A stretch of DNA of 64,000 nucleotides. It comes from an uncultured Candidatus Poseidoniales archaeon. Lineage in GTDB: Archaea; Thermoplasmatota; Poseidoniia; Poseidoniales; CAYMED01. The position numbers and the translations under genes are program-made. Under the pieces are notes generated by a model, which was not told the DNA's origin, did not search any database, and saw nothing but the letters and a program-made list of their open reading frames with translations. This document shows positions 29,212-38,675 of this stretch, piece after piece. Each line of letters opens with the position of its first letter. The stretch's first letter is position 1. Where the stretch lies: positions 1-64,000 of the forward strand of contig CAYMED010000008.1 of assembly GCA_964389655.1 (NCBI GenBank). Direction: 5' to 3'.

Positions 29212-31233
29212 TTAATCCTCAATTGATGTACCTTCGTCTTGGAGGACGATGCCCTCTTTTCTTGATCCACGAAGGCGCTGCATCAGATGATCTGCTTTGG
29301 ACATGCGTTCGCGTATCTCATGAAGGCCCTTGCGTGCTTCAGAATAAGCATCATCATCGATGGATGAATCATGCTGGTTTAGGTCCTTGATGGCTTCTCT
29401 ATCACTACCAAATTTGTCAGCCAAGTCCTTCAAATTTGACACAACCTGGGCTAATTGGTGCTCGTCCATTGTAATCCCAGTTGGAAGCCGAGGGGCATTT
29501 TCTCGGCTTAGGTACCCCAATTCAACAGCCAATACTCCTGCTGCAGCTAATACTCTCGGGCGTATTTCGGGAGTGTTTACTGCATATTTCCGTTCTTCTA
29601 ACATGCGTACCATCAGAGCCTGTTGTCGTGCGGCGAAATGTCCGTCATATCGCCGCATAATTGCCTCTACTAATCTCTCAAAACCTTCTATCCGTTCAAC
29701 AATCCTGTCGATGACGTCCATTGATGCGGCACTGAGGCGATGGGCATCAAAACGCAAGGATTCTATGGCTCTTCTCCGTCGTTCAGCGATGGGATCTAGG
29801 TTTGCTGCAGTTTCCCGGAGAGATACGTGCAAGTCAAACAGCCCGTGAACGCGGCCACTGACTGCAGGAAGTTCAAGTTCCAAACCATGTTCTACCATGG
29901 CCCTTTTTTCATACGCAACCCGTATTTCACGGACATCACCCCCAAATTCTTCAAACAAATCTTCTATAGAATCAACGAGATCTCCTCTCCGAAGTTCAAA
30001 TCGGCGCAACGCCTCTCTTTCTCTCCAACTGCCGGGTCCGCGTGATTGGGCTTCATTTTCCGCACCCCGTAGTGAATCCATTTCTAGAAGAACTTCAATC
30101 AACCTTCTTTGAACAGCCGGCGAATCAGTAAGAATTCCAATCTCTCCACATTTTTCGACGAAACGTGCCCTATCTCGCATTGCTGAGGGGTCCAGATTTA
30201 GGACCAATAATTCTCTAGCGATAGAGCGTATTTCTGCGACTCTCGCTTCTACTTGGGCAATTTGGATTTGTACTTCTTGGGTGATGGTTTTTTCGTCCTG
30301 TTCTACTTCAAGTAACGATCTAGCACGCACTCTCGCCGAAGCGTCTTCTAGCCAACGATCGAATGCTTCCCCTGCCCTTGGGCGATGGAGTGGTACTCCG
30401 GATGCAACTAGATCAGTCCTCAATTTTGCTTCATCTTCAAACGCCCATCCTCCAGGATGTGCGTCTGCGAATGCTTCTATTCGACTGCGTAGTAAACTGG
30501 CTTCTGTTGCGTCTAATACTCCTTCGATGGCAAGAGGTGATGCTGGACTAGGGATTTGAAGAGCCACTTTTTGATGTTTGTTGGATTTGTCAATTGTCTC
30601 AACTAAATCTGAGAAGTCAGTTTTTTCTTCAGAAACGTCCATCAAATTTTCTTTAGGGTCTAGTGTGATATCAGGGGATGTTGTCTCCTTTTCAATTTCT
30701 CTTGGATTTTCTTCATGATCTAGTGTCATCTCTGCGGTGGACGGTAGGTTTCGTGGGGCTGAAACTGCTTGGGGTACATTGCTTCTCCGCATCGTTTTCT
30801 TTGCTTCCCCCCAATCTCCAGCATGCCGTTCTAATAATCCCGCCACCCTTCTCTCCATGTCTTTGGTCTTTCCAGATGTTGGTACACCTAACCCCTCGAG
30901 GAGGCTTTGAATTGATTTTTCACTGAGCTTCTCAACGTCATCGGGTTTTAATTGGCGCCGGTCGTAATTAGCGTGTAAGAATAGGCGCTGTCGCTTTTCA
31001 CTTTTTGATCCGGATGACTTTACGCCGAATGATTTTAGAAGATCTGTTAGGTGTGCGCTAGATAGTCTAGAGATTCCATCTGCAGTTAGGTCCCAATCCT
31101 GAAGAATTAGGTCCCTAATCAATCTTGATCGAAGATATCCGACACTTCCGGTTTTCGGTAATTTGTGATTCGTTGCTACTTCTTTGAGGGTTTCATGTCG
31201 AGCTGCAAGTAAATCTCCAAGTGCGATGCTCAT
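29212..31233 (-). CDS. Protein with three N-terminal SAP-like domains and C-terminal helical repeats
   Basis: LKEVATNHKLPKTGSVGYLRSRL, LTDLLKSFGVKSSGSKSEKRQRL and IQSLLEGLGVPTSGKTKDMERRV each match the SAP consensus L...L...GL..SG.K..L..RL. Confidence 0.7.
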   Translation of the reverse strand: MSIALGDLLAARHETLKEVATNHKLPKTGSVGYLRSRLIRDLILQDWDLTADGISRLSSAHLTDLLKSFGVKSSGSKSEKRQRLFLHANYDRRQLKPDDVEKLSEKSIQSLLEGLGVPTSGKTKDMERRVAGLLERHAGDWGEAKKTMRRSNVPQAVSAPRNLPSTAEMTLDHEENPREIEKETTSPDITLDPKENLMDVSEEKTDFSDLVETIDKSNKHQKVALQIPSPASPLAIEGVLDATEASLLRSRIEAFADAHPGGWAFEDEAKLRTDLVASGVPLHRPRAGEAFDRWLEDASARVRARSLLEVEQDEKTITQEVQIQIAQVEARVAEIRSIARELLVLNLDPSAMRDRARFVEKCGEIGILTDSPAVQRRLIEVLLEMDSLRGAENEAQSRGPGSWREREALRRFELRRGDLVDSIEDLFEEFGGDVREIRVAYEKRAMVEHGLELELPAVSGRVHGLFDLHVSLRETAANLDPIAERRRRAIESLRFDAHRLSAASMDVIDRIVERIEGFERLVEAIMRRYDGHFAARQQALMVRMLEERKYAVNTPEIRPRVLAAAGVLAVELGYLSRENAPRLPTGITMDEHQLAQVVSNLKDLADKFGSDREAIKDLNQHDSSIDDDAYSEARKGLHEIRERMSKADHLMQRLRGSRKEGIVLQDEGTSIED

Positions 31234-31258
31234 GACCGGGGACGCTCCAATTTCCTCT

Positions 31259-31342
31259 CTTCGGCCTTCTAGGTATCATATCCTTTTCCTTACCCGTGAC
31301 CTATAATATGCCGTTCCGTGCACAAAGGATTGAAGGCCGAAG
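31259..31342. promoter_or_regulatory. Divergent promoter with a perfect 11-bp inverted repeat (CTTCGGCCTTC ... GAAGGCCGAAG)
   Basis: 31259-31269 and 31332-31342 are exact reverse complements. Each lies 25-28 nt upstream of one of the two divergent ATGs. Confidence 0.55.
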
Positions 31343-31370
31343 CCAAAGACGGCCCGTTTGGGGTCAAACC

Positions 31371-32051
31371 ATGGGAAGCTATTCCCGGCAGGCCAAGCGC
31401 GCACAACGCTCGGCTGAAGATGCACTAGCATCTTTGATCCAGACTATGCGTGCAGACCTTGATACTGTGATGTCTCGCTCGACAGAGAGGATGAAACGAC
31501 GACTGGATGAAGTCACTTCAGCCCTTCATGCCGTTGCTTATTCGCGAGATCAAGCCGGGGGGGATGCTGCTGATGTCTCTCGCCAGCTTGAGCGCTTTCG
31601 CCGCAAAGTGGAAGACCCTCGCACCTCCCGTGAGGATTTGGCGCATCATTTAGAATCCCTCAAGGCCGAGATTTCTCGCGTCACTGGCCTATTTGATGAG
31701 TTGAGGCGTGAGGCTCAACAAGCCCTCAGTGATGGGCAGCGCAGTTCACACTCGATCAAGGATATTGAGATGCGAATGAGTGAGTGTATGGCAAAATGGC
31801 AAACCAGTGCGAAAAGAGTAGATGAACTGGTATTTGACATGGATGACCGTGGCCAGCCATCTGATCTTGCAGATGCAATAAAGGCTATCGAGGTAGAAGG
31901 TTTTGATCTCCTTTTAGAGGATGACGTGGATCAAGTGGTGGGTGGTGCTCAAGGGCCCGAACTCATTGATCGATTGGAACCCGCTAGAGAAGTCGCAGAG
32001 CGCATTGATGCTGAAGTGGATCGGGATAATGAGCCCCAACCTATTGGATGA
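31371..32051 (+). CDS. Coiled-coil hypothetical protein
   Basis: Long heptad-rich helical sequence with an acidic tail. ATG31371 preferred over GTG31296. Confidence 0.6.
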   Translation: MGSYSRQAKRAQRSAEDALASLIQTMRADLDTVMSRSTERMKRRLDEVTSALHAVAYSRDQAGGDAADVSRQLERFRRKVEDPRTSREDLAHHLESLKAEISRVTGLFDELRREAQQALSDGQRSSHSIKDIEMRMSECMAKWQTSAKRVDELVFDMDDRGQPSDLADAIKAIEVEGFDLLLEDDVDQVVGGAQGPELIDRLEPAREVAERIDAEVDRDNEPQPIG

Positions 32052-33069
32052 ATGCGGCCGATGCCGGTCCATGGCGCGGGTCATCAGGGACTTCAGCCAT
32101 CCAAATATCACAAGCCTCTTTCCATTCTCTAACCATCAACCTCCCTACAAATGCGGCTTCTGCAACGGGCGATAATCTAGATATTCCAAAACTCCGTAGG
32201 CCTCCACGGCCGATGTATTCAATTTCTATTTCAATGCGGCGCCCGCCCGTTTTGATTTTTCCACTTGGGTTAACCAATTCATCACGTAGTATTTGGTCCT
32301 CGGGGCGCTCTTTCAAGAGGCTACCAGGACGCCGCAAATCAACCCGCATTCCTATATGGGGTCTGAGTCGTTGGTGGATTGTGGGCCATATTGTCTTTTG
32401 AACATCCCAAGATATAGCAGCGTCATCGTCTAGTGTTAGCGGGCATTCATCTGCTAATTCACCAGACCTTGCCAAGATCAAGGTAATCCCTGAATAGGGA
32501 TGGGCAAGGAATCGCCCGTCATTATTGGCTCCAACTTCAAGGCCAAGTCGGTGCCGTCGACGCCTACCCCCCTGTGCTTCCCAAATTTCCCTGTCAACGA
32601 CGATTCCATCGACAAGGCCAGAGTCAATCTGTTTCAATCCCCATTTTAACAGTTCATTTTTCTTTGAAGGTGGCCCTTCCAGCCCGTTCTTTTGCGCAAA
32701 ATCATCTGTATTCCTGATGCTCAAGTCATGTCTAAATCGGCGCAACTGGCGTTTTACAAGGGGCCGGTCGCACAATATCCTAGCGCGCCGAGGGAGGTGT
32801 TCTGGTCTATCATCAGAGACCAATACGCTTCCCACATTTCGTACTGGGAGTGCGCCGATAATGTCGACGCCATCAGGCATCGGCCCTTCAAGATCGGTAG
32901 CGAATACTGCTAGGTGGTCAAATTCACGTTCCAATAATGACTCTAGTGCATCGCCTAAATTCTCGAAAACAGCACATTCAATATCTAATTCGCTGCTTTC
33001 AACTGGTTCAACCCTTGACCTTGCCGGCATGCCTACGGCTGCCATCAGGTGGGGTTGGTTGGGGGGCAC
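32041..33069 (-). CDS. Degenerate porphobilinogen deaminase (HemC)-fold protein, likely catalytically inactive
   Basis: LESLLEREFDHLAVFATDLEGPMPDGVDIIGALPVRNVGSVLVS...LPRRARIL...RQLRRFRHDLSI and IDSGLVDGIVV are colinear with HemC. Substrate-binding Arg motifs and the cofactor Cys are absent. Confidence 0.65.
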   Translation of the reverse strand: MPPNQPHLMAAVGMPARSRVEPVESSELDIECAVFENLGDALESLLEREFDHLAVFATDLEGPMPDGVDIIGALPVRNVGSVLVSDDRPEHLPRRARILCDRPLVKRQLRRFRHDLSIRNTDDFAQKNGLEGPPSKKNELLKWGLKQIDSGLVDGIVVDREIWEAQGGRRRRHRLGLEVGANNDGRFLAHPYSGITLILARSGELADECPLTLDDDAAISWDVQKTIWPTIHQRLRPHIGMRVDLRRPGSLLKERPEDQILRDELVNPSGKIKTGGRRIEIEIEYIGRGGLRSFGISRLSPVAEAAFVGRLMVREWKEACDIWMAEVPDDPRHGPASAAFIQ

Positions 33070-33137
33070 TAAATGCCCGCCCGTGGATCATGGTTCATAA
33101 ACGCCGTCGAACAGCACATGGTGTGATTTTGCGTGAG

Positions 33138-34112
33138 ATGGTCGGCGGGGAGCTCCGTGGAGTCAGTGATTTGCTCGAACTCATTGAGTCCGCCCTCGTA
33201 GATTTGCTCGATCGCCTAGAATCCGAAGGCCATGGCCGAGCAGTAGAATTATCACGTTATGTGCTCATGGCGGGAGGTAAGCGCCTACGTCCCTTATTTG
33301 CCCTACTTGTTCATGAGGCGTGTGGGGGGGAGGCTCGCGAAGAGATTTTGCCCATGGCTCTTGCCTTTGAGATGATACATACGGCAACTTTGGTCCATGA
33401 TGATATGAATGATCGGGCAAAATTACGGAGGGGTGTTGTTACGCTCCATGAAAAATATACCCCTGTTGAGGCATTAATTGCAGGTGATTTTTTGTTTGTG
33501 CAAGGGTTTGGCTTAGGGGGTGCCTACCAAGGTTCAATTGTTGATGTATTCACTCGCTGTTGCTCGATGATTGCCACTGCTGAAATGGCTCAATATGCGA
33601 GTATTGGCAATCTGGATTTGTCTCGTGAACAGCATTTTGAAATTATTCAAGGAAAGACTGCAGGGCCATTTTCCGCATGCTGCGAAGGTGCTGCCATGAT
33701 TGCGGGAGCAACTCCAGATGTGGTATCCTCGATGCGCCGTTTTGGCTTAGAACTTGGAGTTGCATTTCAACTAGTTGATGACATTCTTGATCTTGAAGGT
33801 GATTCTCGAACCGGAAAAGGACGCTGTTTAGACCTTATTGAGGGTAAAGTTACTCTTCCCCTCATCGAGGCCATTGACCGGCTTGAGTCACCCGACCGTG
33901 AGAGGCTAATCCATATTGTCTCAGACTACCATGAAAAGCACCTTGGGGAAGTGATTGAATTGATACGGGCCTGTGGCGCATTTGATGCTTGCCGGGTAGA
34001 GGTCGACCGCCGAATTAGGTGTGCTCGGTCTGAATTATCCTCTCTCCCTAAAGGCCGTGCATTGGGAACCCTTGAGCGTCTTCTTGACCGTTTGGGAAGC
34101 CGCCGTTTCTGA
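33138..34112 (+). CDS. trans-Polyprenyl diphosphate synthase
   Basis: GGKRLRP, FARM HTATLVHDDMND..LRRG, GKTA, SARM FQLVDDILD. The track start 32937 overlaps the divergent gene, so ATG33138 is preferred. Confidence 0.93.
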   Translation: MVGGELRGVSDLLELIESALVDLLDRLESEGHGRAVELSRYVLMAGGKRLRPLFALLVHEACGGEAREEILPMALAFEMIHTATLVHDDMNDRAKLRRGVVTLHEKYTPVEALIAGDFLFVQGFGLGGAYQGSIVDVFTRCCSMIATAEMAQYASIGNLDLSREQHFEIIQGKTAGPFSACCEGAAMIAGATPDVVSSMRRFGLELGVAFQLVDDILDLEGDSRTGKGRCLDLIEGKVTLPLIEAIDRLESPDRERLIHIVSDYHEKHLGEVIELIRACGAFDACRVEVDRRIRCARSELSSLPKGRALGTLERLLDRLGSRRF

Positions 34113-34122
34113 GGTTCACTCA

Positions 34123-35223
34123 ATGCCCTTTTCTGATCATGCAGATGTTGTCGTGATTGGAGGGGGTCCTGCGGGGAGTACTGTCGCTCGATACTTGGCA
34201 AAAGAGGGCGTTGATGTACTTGTAATCGATGGCCGTGAATCTATAGGATCTCCGCTTCAATGTGGTGAATTAGTCCCAAGTAATGCGGAGTTGTGCAGAT
34301 TGTGCCCGGATGTCCCTGAAATCGCGGAACTATTCCAAACGCCCGAGGCAGTGGTTTCTTGCAGGGTTGATGAATTACATGTCATTGCTCCATCGGGAAA
34401 GCGACTTGCGTATCCCTTTGAGGGCGTCATGCTCGATCGAGTAGCGCATGACGAAGCACTGGTGGAGCGCGCTCAATCTCTTGGTGCGCGTTATCTGGTT
34501 GGGAAGCGCGTTGATCAGATCGGAGCAGATTATGTACAATTAAGAGATGGGTCCAGTATCTCCGCCAAGATTATTGTCGGTGCGGGGGGCCATAATGATC
34601 CTGTGCGTAGGGACTTTTGGGATGAAAAATCTCTCAAGATCCCGGTGAAATTTGTACTGATGGATGGGTACGTACCAGACGCGCTAGAATTTTATTTTGG
34701 TTCTTTGGCTCCTGGTGGCTATGCTTGGGCGTTTCCAAAGAAAGGAGGGGCGAATGTTGGCTTGGGCGTACAACCAGCAATGGCTAAGGGTGCAAATGTG
34801 AATACTTGCACAGATCGCTTCATCTCTCGGTTTTCAGGAGATGCTGTGTTCAAGGGGGCGGGATCTCTTCCAATGTCGGGCACAATTAAGAGGTTTGTAA
34901 AGGAAAACTATGTTCTTGTGGGGGATGCTGCGGGAATGGTTCTTCCATCGAATGGGGCAGGAATTACGATTGCAATGATTGGTGGTAGAATAGCGGGGCA
35001 GGTAATTGCAGCCCATATCCAGTCGGGTGTGCCGCTAGTTGAGTATGAACGCCGTTGGTCTCAACAAATGGGCAAAGTCATGCGGAATTCAAAACGGTCG
35101 TTTAGGTTGGGTAGCATTCTATTCCGGTGCCCCGACTGGGTCATAAATATGGCTTTCAATCGATTGACTAAACCGATTATTTGGCGTGCCATTACATGTC
35201 GACGGATGTTTTGGATTGTTTGA
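34123..35223 (+). CDS. Geranylgeranyl reductase family flavoprotein
   Basis: VVVIGGGPAG, LQCGE, PGGYAWAFPK (PxxYxWxFP), LVGDAAG. ATG34123 preferred (track start 34021). Confidence 0.9.
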   Translation: MPFSDHADVVVIGGGPAGSTVARYLAKEGVDVLVIDGRESIGSPLQCGELVPSNAELCRLCPDVPEIAELFQTPEAVVSCRVDELHVIAPSGKRLAYPFEGVMLDRVAHDEALVERAQSLGARYLVGKRVDQIGADYVQLRDGSSISAKIIVGAGGHNDPVRRDFWDEKSLKIPVKFVLMDGYVPDALEFYFGSLAPGGYAWAFPKKGGANVGLGVQPAMAKGANVNTCTDRFISRFSGDAVFKGAGSLPMSGTIKRFVKENYVLVGDAAGMVLPSNGAGITIAMIGGRIAGQVIAAHIQSGVPLVEYERRWSQQMGKVMRNSKRSFRLGSILFRCPDWVINMAFNRLTKPIIWRAITCRRMFWIV

Positions 35224-35280
35224 ATTTTGATCAGACATGATCATAAACCGGTGACTAGTCGCTGGTTTTGGCGATCTTTG

Positions 35281-35598
35281 ATGACATCTGCCTCTCTTCT
35301 TGAAAGCATCCGAAATGCCGAAGCAGAGGCGGATAAAATCCTCACCTCTGCAAAATCTGACGCGTCAGAGCGCGTGAATGCCGCTAGGGAAGAATCTGCA
35401 AAGATCGTTTCTGAGGCCCGCTCAGAGGCCCAATCAATTGTGGAATCTGTTATTGAAGGTGCTCTTTCCGAAGCTGAAGATGAAGCAGAATCACTTCGAG
35501 CGTCCGCCGAATCTGGCCTCGGGGCAGCGCGAAAAACTGCCGAAGATGGCATGGACCGTGCTATTTCTACAATTATTGGCGCATTGAATATGAATTGA
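35281..35598 (+). CDS. atpH: A-type ATP synthase subunit H
   Basis: LLESIRNAEAEADKIL coiled coil; first gene of the operon. Confidence 0.85.
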   Translation: MTSASLLESIRNAEAEADKILTSAKSDASERVNAAREESAKIVSEARSEAQSIVESVIEGALSEAEDEAESLRASAESGLGAARKTAEDGMDRAISTIIGALNMN

Positions 35599-35609
35599 GG
35601 CGACCTAAG

Positions 35610-37709
35610 ATGGCCAACCCACTATTGCCCATCCCAATGGTTAGGGTCCGCGTCGCAGGGATACGGCCACGCCTTGAGGAGGTGTTGCGGCGAACAGCCA
35701 AACTCCGCGCGCTGCATCTTATTGATCATGATGGGGGACATGCCGGTTTTTCTTTGGGGGCTCCCCTCTTAGGGGCGGACCAAGCATCTGAACGTCTATC
35801 ACGATTGCGAAGTGCCGCATCGAGGTTGAACCCCTTATTTCCCGAAGATAAGATTGACCCTGGGGCCATTAAGCAGATTGTTGAGGATGACCTCGACGAA
35901 GAACTCACGTCTCTATTTGGCATGATGGATGATGTTCAGGCCCTAGAGGAAGACATTGAAGCCGCTGAAACAGAGATTGCGACCCTATCATCTATTTCAG
36001 AATTAGGAATCCCCCTTGACCTCCTCCATGGTCGCAGGACTGTTGACATTATTGTGGGAAAAGCACCTGCTAAAGCTCATCCAAAAATATCAGGTGCACT
36101 AAATTCCTCGATCGGAGATGGCGTTTCATTGATCTCTAAAAGTCAATTATTGGTCATTATCGTGCGATCAGGCCAAGGCGGCACAGCCTCTCAAATTGCT
36201 ACTGCTAGGGGATTTGAGGCCATTCCCGTCCCGGAGCGGTCAGGTGATACGGATTCAGTAATTTCTTCAGTAAATAGTGAGATTGAATCCAGTAAGGAAA
36301 AATTACGCACCCTTAGTGATGGGATTGAACGGTGGAACCATCGACATGGCCCCTTCATCGTGAGTGGTGTTGAGCATCTCGAGTGTGAAGTCGATATCCT
36401 CGGCGCGCCTGTCCGCTTAGCCACTACTCCTCATTCATTCATCATCGATGCCTGGGTCCCCAAAACTCTAGCGGATGATGTGCAAGATACATTGCTGGCA
36501 GAGGGCGGTGCTAGTTATTCTGAAGTGGAAGAGTGGCATCCCTCACACGGTGGGCACGATGAAGCACATGAAACTCCCCCTTCTGCTTGGGCAGACCATG
36601 GGGCAGCCAAACCATTGCGTTTTGTTACCGAACTCGTGGGTAGGCCAAAATATGGCACGATTGACCCTACAGCATTCATGCTTTTCACATATCCATTGAT
36701 CTTTGGGATGATGCTCGGGGACATCGGATATGGCTTGATTGTTTTAGGCGTGGGCTTTCTTCTCCGTTCAAAAGTATCCGAAGATTCGATGGGTGATTAT
36801 GGCGCGCGGCTTCTAATTTATATTGGTATGTCGACGATGATTTTTGGCCTCATTTATGGCGAAATATTTGGATGGGAGGTCGCGCCCTCCTATCATCATG
36901 GGGGTGGACATGGGGAAGCGGAAGGTCATGCTGTCCCCTTCCTCTTCCAATGGATGGCCAAACTCTATCCCGCAGACCACGCATTGCATAGTCCGACCAT
37001 ATTTGGCGTCTACCTCGCTTATCCGTTCCACCGGGTGAGTTCGGATATGTCCACCCTCATGGTTCTAACAATTTACTTGGGGGTCGCCCATCTTATGCTC
37101 GGCTTCATTCTTGGTTTTATTAATGTGCAAAGGGCTCATGGATTTGCGGCGGCTCTCTTTGAAAAAGGATCTTGGGTTGTGCTTCTGCTTGGCGGCTTCA
37201 TGTTTTGTTATGCGTTTTTGAATATACCTCTACATAGCGATGCAGGGTATGTTGTGCTCCTAGAAAAAATGAGCATGCTGGGCTTAATTCTCATGGGTAT
37301 TGGGTTACCGATGCTTGCGGTTGGCCTAGTGATCTATGAAAAAATGGGCGGAGTTGGGATAATTGTTGCACCGATTGAGAGTTTTTCCCTCCTCTCGAAT
37401 TCCCTTTCTTATGTCCGCATTTTTGCAGTGGGTGTGGTGGGCGTCAAGATTGCAGAAGTTGGAAATCAACTTCTTTGGCCAGCAATCTTCGATCATATAG
37501 GGCTGGGCACGGTTTCAGGAGTGCTTCTTGGCTTTGGTGCACTGGCCATGTGGCTTGCAGTTCAGACATTAGCAATAATCCTTGGAATTCTTTCTCCAAA
37601 TATCCATGCAGCGCGATTACATATGGCAGAATGGATGAGTAAATTCTATGACTCGCCGGGCGAGCCATACGAACCATACGGGCGTGAGCCCACCCACATT
37701 GCGACATGA
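35610..37709 (+). CDS. atpI: A-type ATP synthase subunit I (a)
   Basis: PKYGTIDPT, FGMMLGDIGYG, essential Arg in SYVRIFA, RLHMAEWMSKFY. Confidence 0.95.
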   Translation: MANPLLPIPMVRVRVAGIRPRLEEVLRRTAKLRALHLIDHDGGHAGFSLGAPLLGADQASERLSRLRSAASRLNPLFPEDKIDPGAIKQIVEDDLDEELTSLFGMMDDVQALEEDIEAAETEIATLSSISELGIPLDLLHGRRTVDIIVGKAPAKAHPKISGALNSSIGDGVSLISKSQLLVIIVRSGQGGTASQIATARGFEAIPVPERSGDTDSVISSVNSEIESSKEKLRTLSDGIERWNHRHGPFIVSGVEHLECEVDILGAPVRLATTPHSFIIDAWVPKTLADDVQDTLLAEGGASYSEVEEWHPSHGGHDEAHETPPSAWADHGAAKPLRFVTELVGRPKYGTIDPTAFMLFTYPLIFGMMLGDIGYGLIVLGVGFLLRSKVSEDSMGDYGARLLIYIGMSTMIFGLIYGEIFGWEVAPSYHHGGGHGEAEGHAVPFLFQWMAKLYPADHALHSPTIFGVYLAYPFHRVSSDMSTLMVLTIYLGVAHLMLGFILGFINVQRAHGFAAALFEKGSWVVLLLGGFMFCYAFLNIPLHSDAGYVVLLEKMSMLGLILMGIGLPMLAVGLVIYEKMGGVGIIVAPIESFSLLSNSLSYVRIFAVGVVGVKIAEVGNQLLWPAIFDHIGLGTVSGVLLGFGALAMWLAVQTLAIILGILSPNIHAARLHMAEWMSKFYDSPGEPYEPYGREPTHIAT

Positions 37710-37748
37710 GAGTCCCTTAGATTAACACGGACATAGGAGGAAATAACG

Positions 37749-38060
37749 ATGCAAAATAACATCTTGAAAAACGGAATGAGAATGGCGATTGCTTGTTTGT
37801 TACTAGCCCTGCTTTCGCAGAGCGTGGCGGCAGAAGGAGATGCACCAGATAATGCGCAGACGGTGGAAGCCTTTGGCAAGATTGGGGCTGGTATAGCACT
37901 CGGCCTTTGTGGTGTGGGCGCTGGATATAGCCAAGCACAATTAGGAGCAGCCTCTGTAGGCTATATGGCAGAAGGCGGCAATTTTGGGCAAGCCTTGCTG
38001 TTCACAGTGTTGCCAGAGACAATCCTTATCCTTGGTCTTCTGCCACTCTTGATGGGCTGA
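37749..38060 (+). CDS. atpK: A-type ATP synthase subunit K (c, proteolipid)
   Basis: One hairpin GAGIALGLCGVGAGYSQ...LFTVLPETILILG; SD GGAGG. Confidence 0.93.
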   Translation: MQNNILKNGMRMAIACLLLALLSQSVAAEGDAPDNAQTVEAFGKIGAGIALGLCGVGAGYSQAQLGAASVGYMAEGGNFGQALLFTVLPETILILGLLPLLMG

Positions 38061-38084
38061 GTAGAGAGGGAGCTCTGGGGGGTA

Positions 38085-38663
38085 GTGTGCGTGTCGTCAA
38101 TTGACGAGTTAGTCTCGGAGATCACTGCGCTTGCTCGCGAGGAGGCCGAAGGTATTCTCGCAGCAGCGGATGCGGAAGTAAATGCACTCATTGGTGCAGC
38201 TAAATTAGAGGCCAAAGAAGTTGTGGATGAAGCTAGTTTGACTGCAGAAAGGCGTGGTATTCAGCAAGCTTCTGAAACCGTTGCATCTGCGCGCCAATCT
38301 GCACAGACCGCCCGTCTACTAGTCGAGCGGGAAGCACTTGAAACAGCGCGCAGTCGCGCGGAAGAGCAACTTGGATCTCCCGGACTTAGTGGGCGTAAAG
38401 ATCTGTTGAAGGCTCTGCTTGCAGAAGCGAAAGATGCTGATGTGGAAAAACCAATAATGCGTCCCGTTGAGGTTGATCGACCTACGCTTGAATCGATGGC
38501 AAAGAATAGCAAATTTGGCGATTCAGTTGATGGCCTTGGCGGCTTTGTCCTTGAATCAGCAGATCAGACCATTCGTCTTGACTTCAGATTCGACGCCCGT
38601 CTTGATCGCGTCTGGGATGAGAAAATCCCCGAAGTTTCTCAAATACTGCGTGGCGAGGCATGA
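38085..38663 (+). CDS. atpE: A-type ATP synthase subunit E
   Basis: N-terminal coiled coil; GLGGFVLESADQTIRLDFRFDARL; operon position. Confidence 0.9.
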   Translation: MCVSSIDELVSEITALAREEAEGILAAADAEVNALIGAAKLEAKEVVDEASLTAERRGIQQASETVASARQSAQTARLLVEREALETARSRAEEQLGSPGLSGRKDLLKALLAEAKDADVEKPIMRPVEVDRPTLESMAKNSKFGDSVDGLGGFVLESADQTIRLDFRFDARLDRVWDEKIPEVSQILRGEA

Positions 38664-38675
38664 GGGGGAATATCA

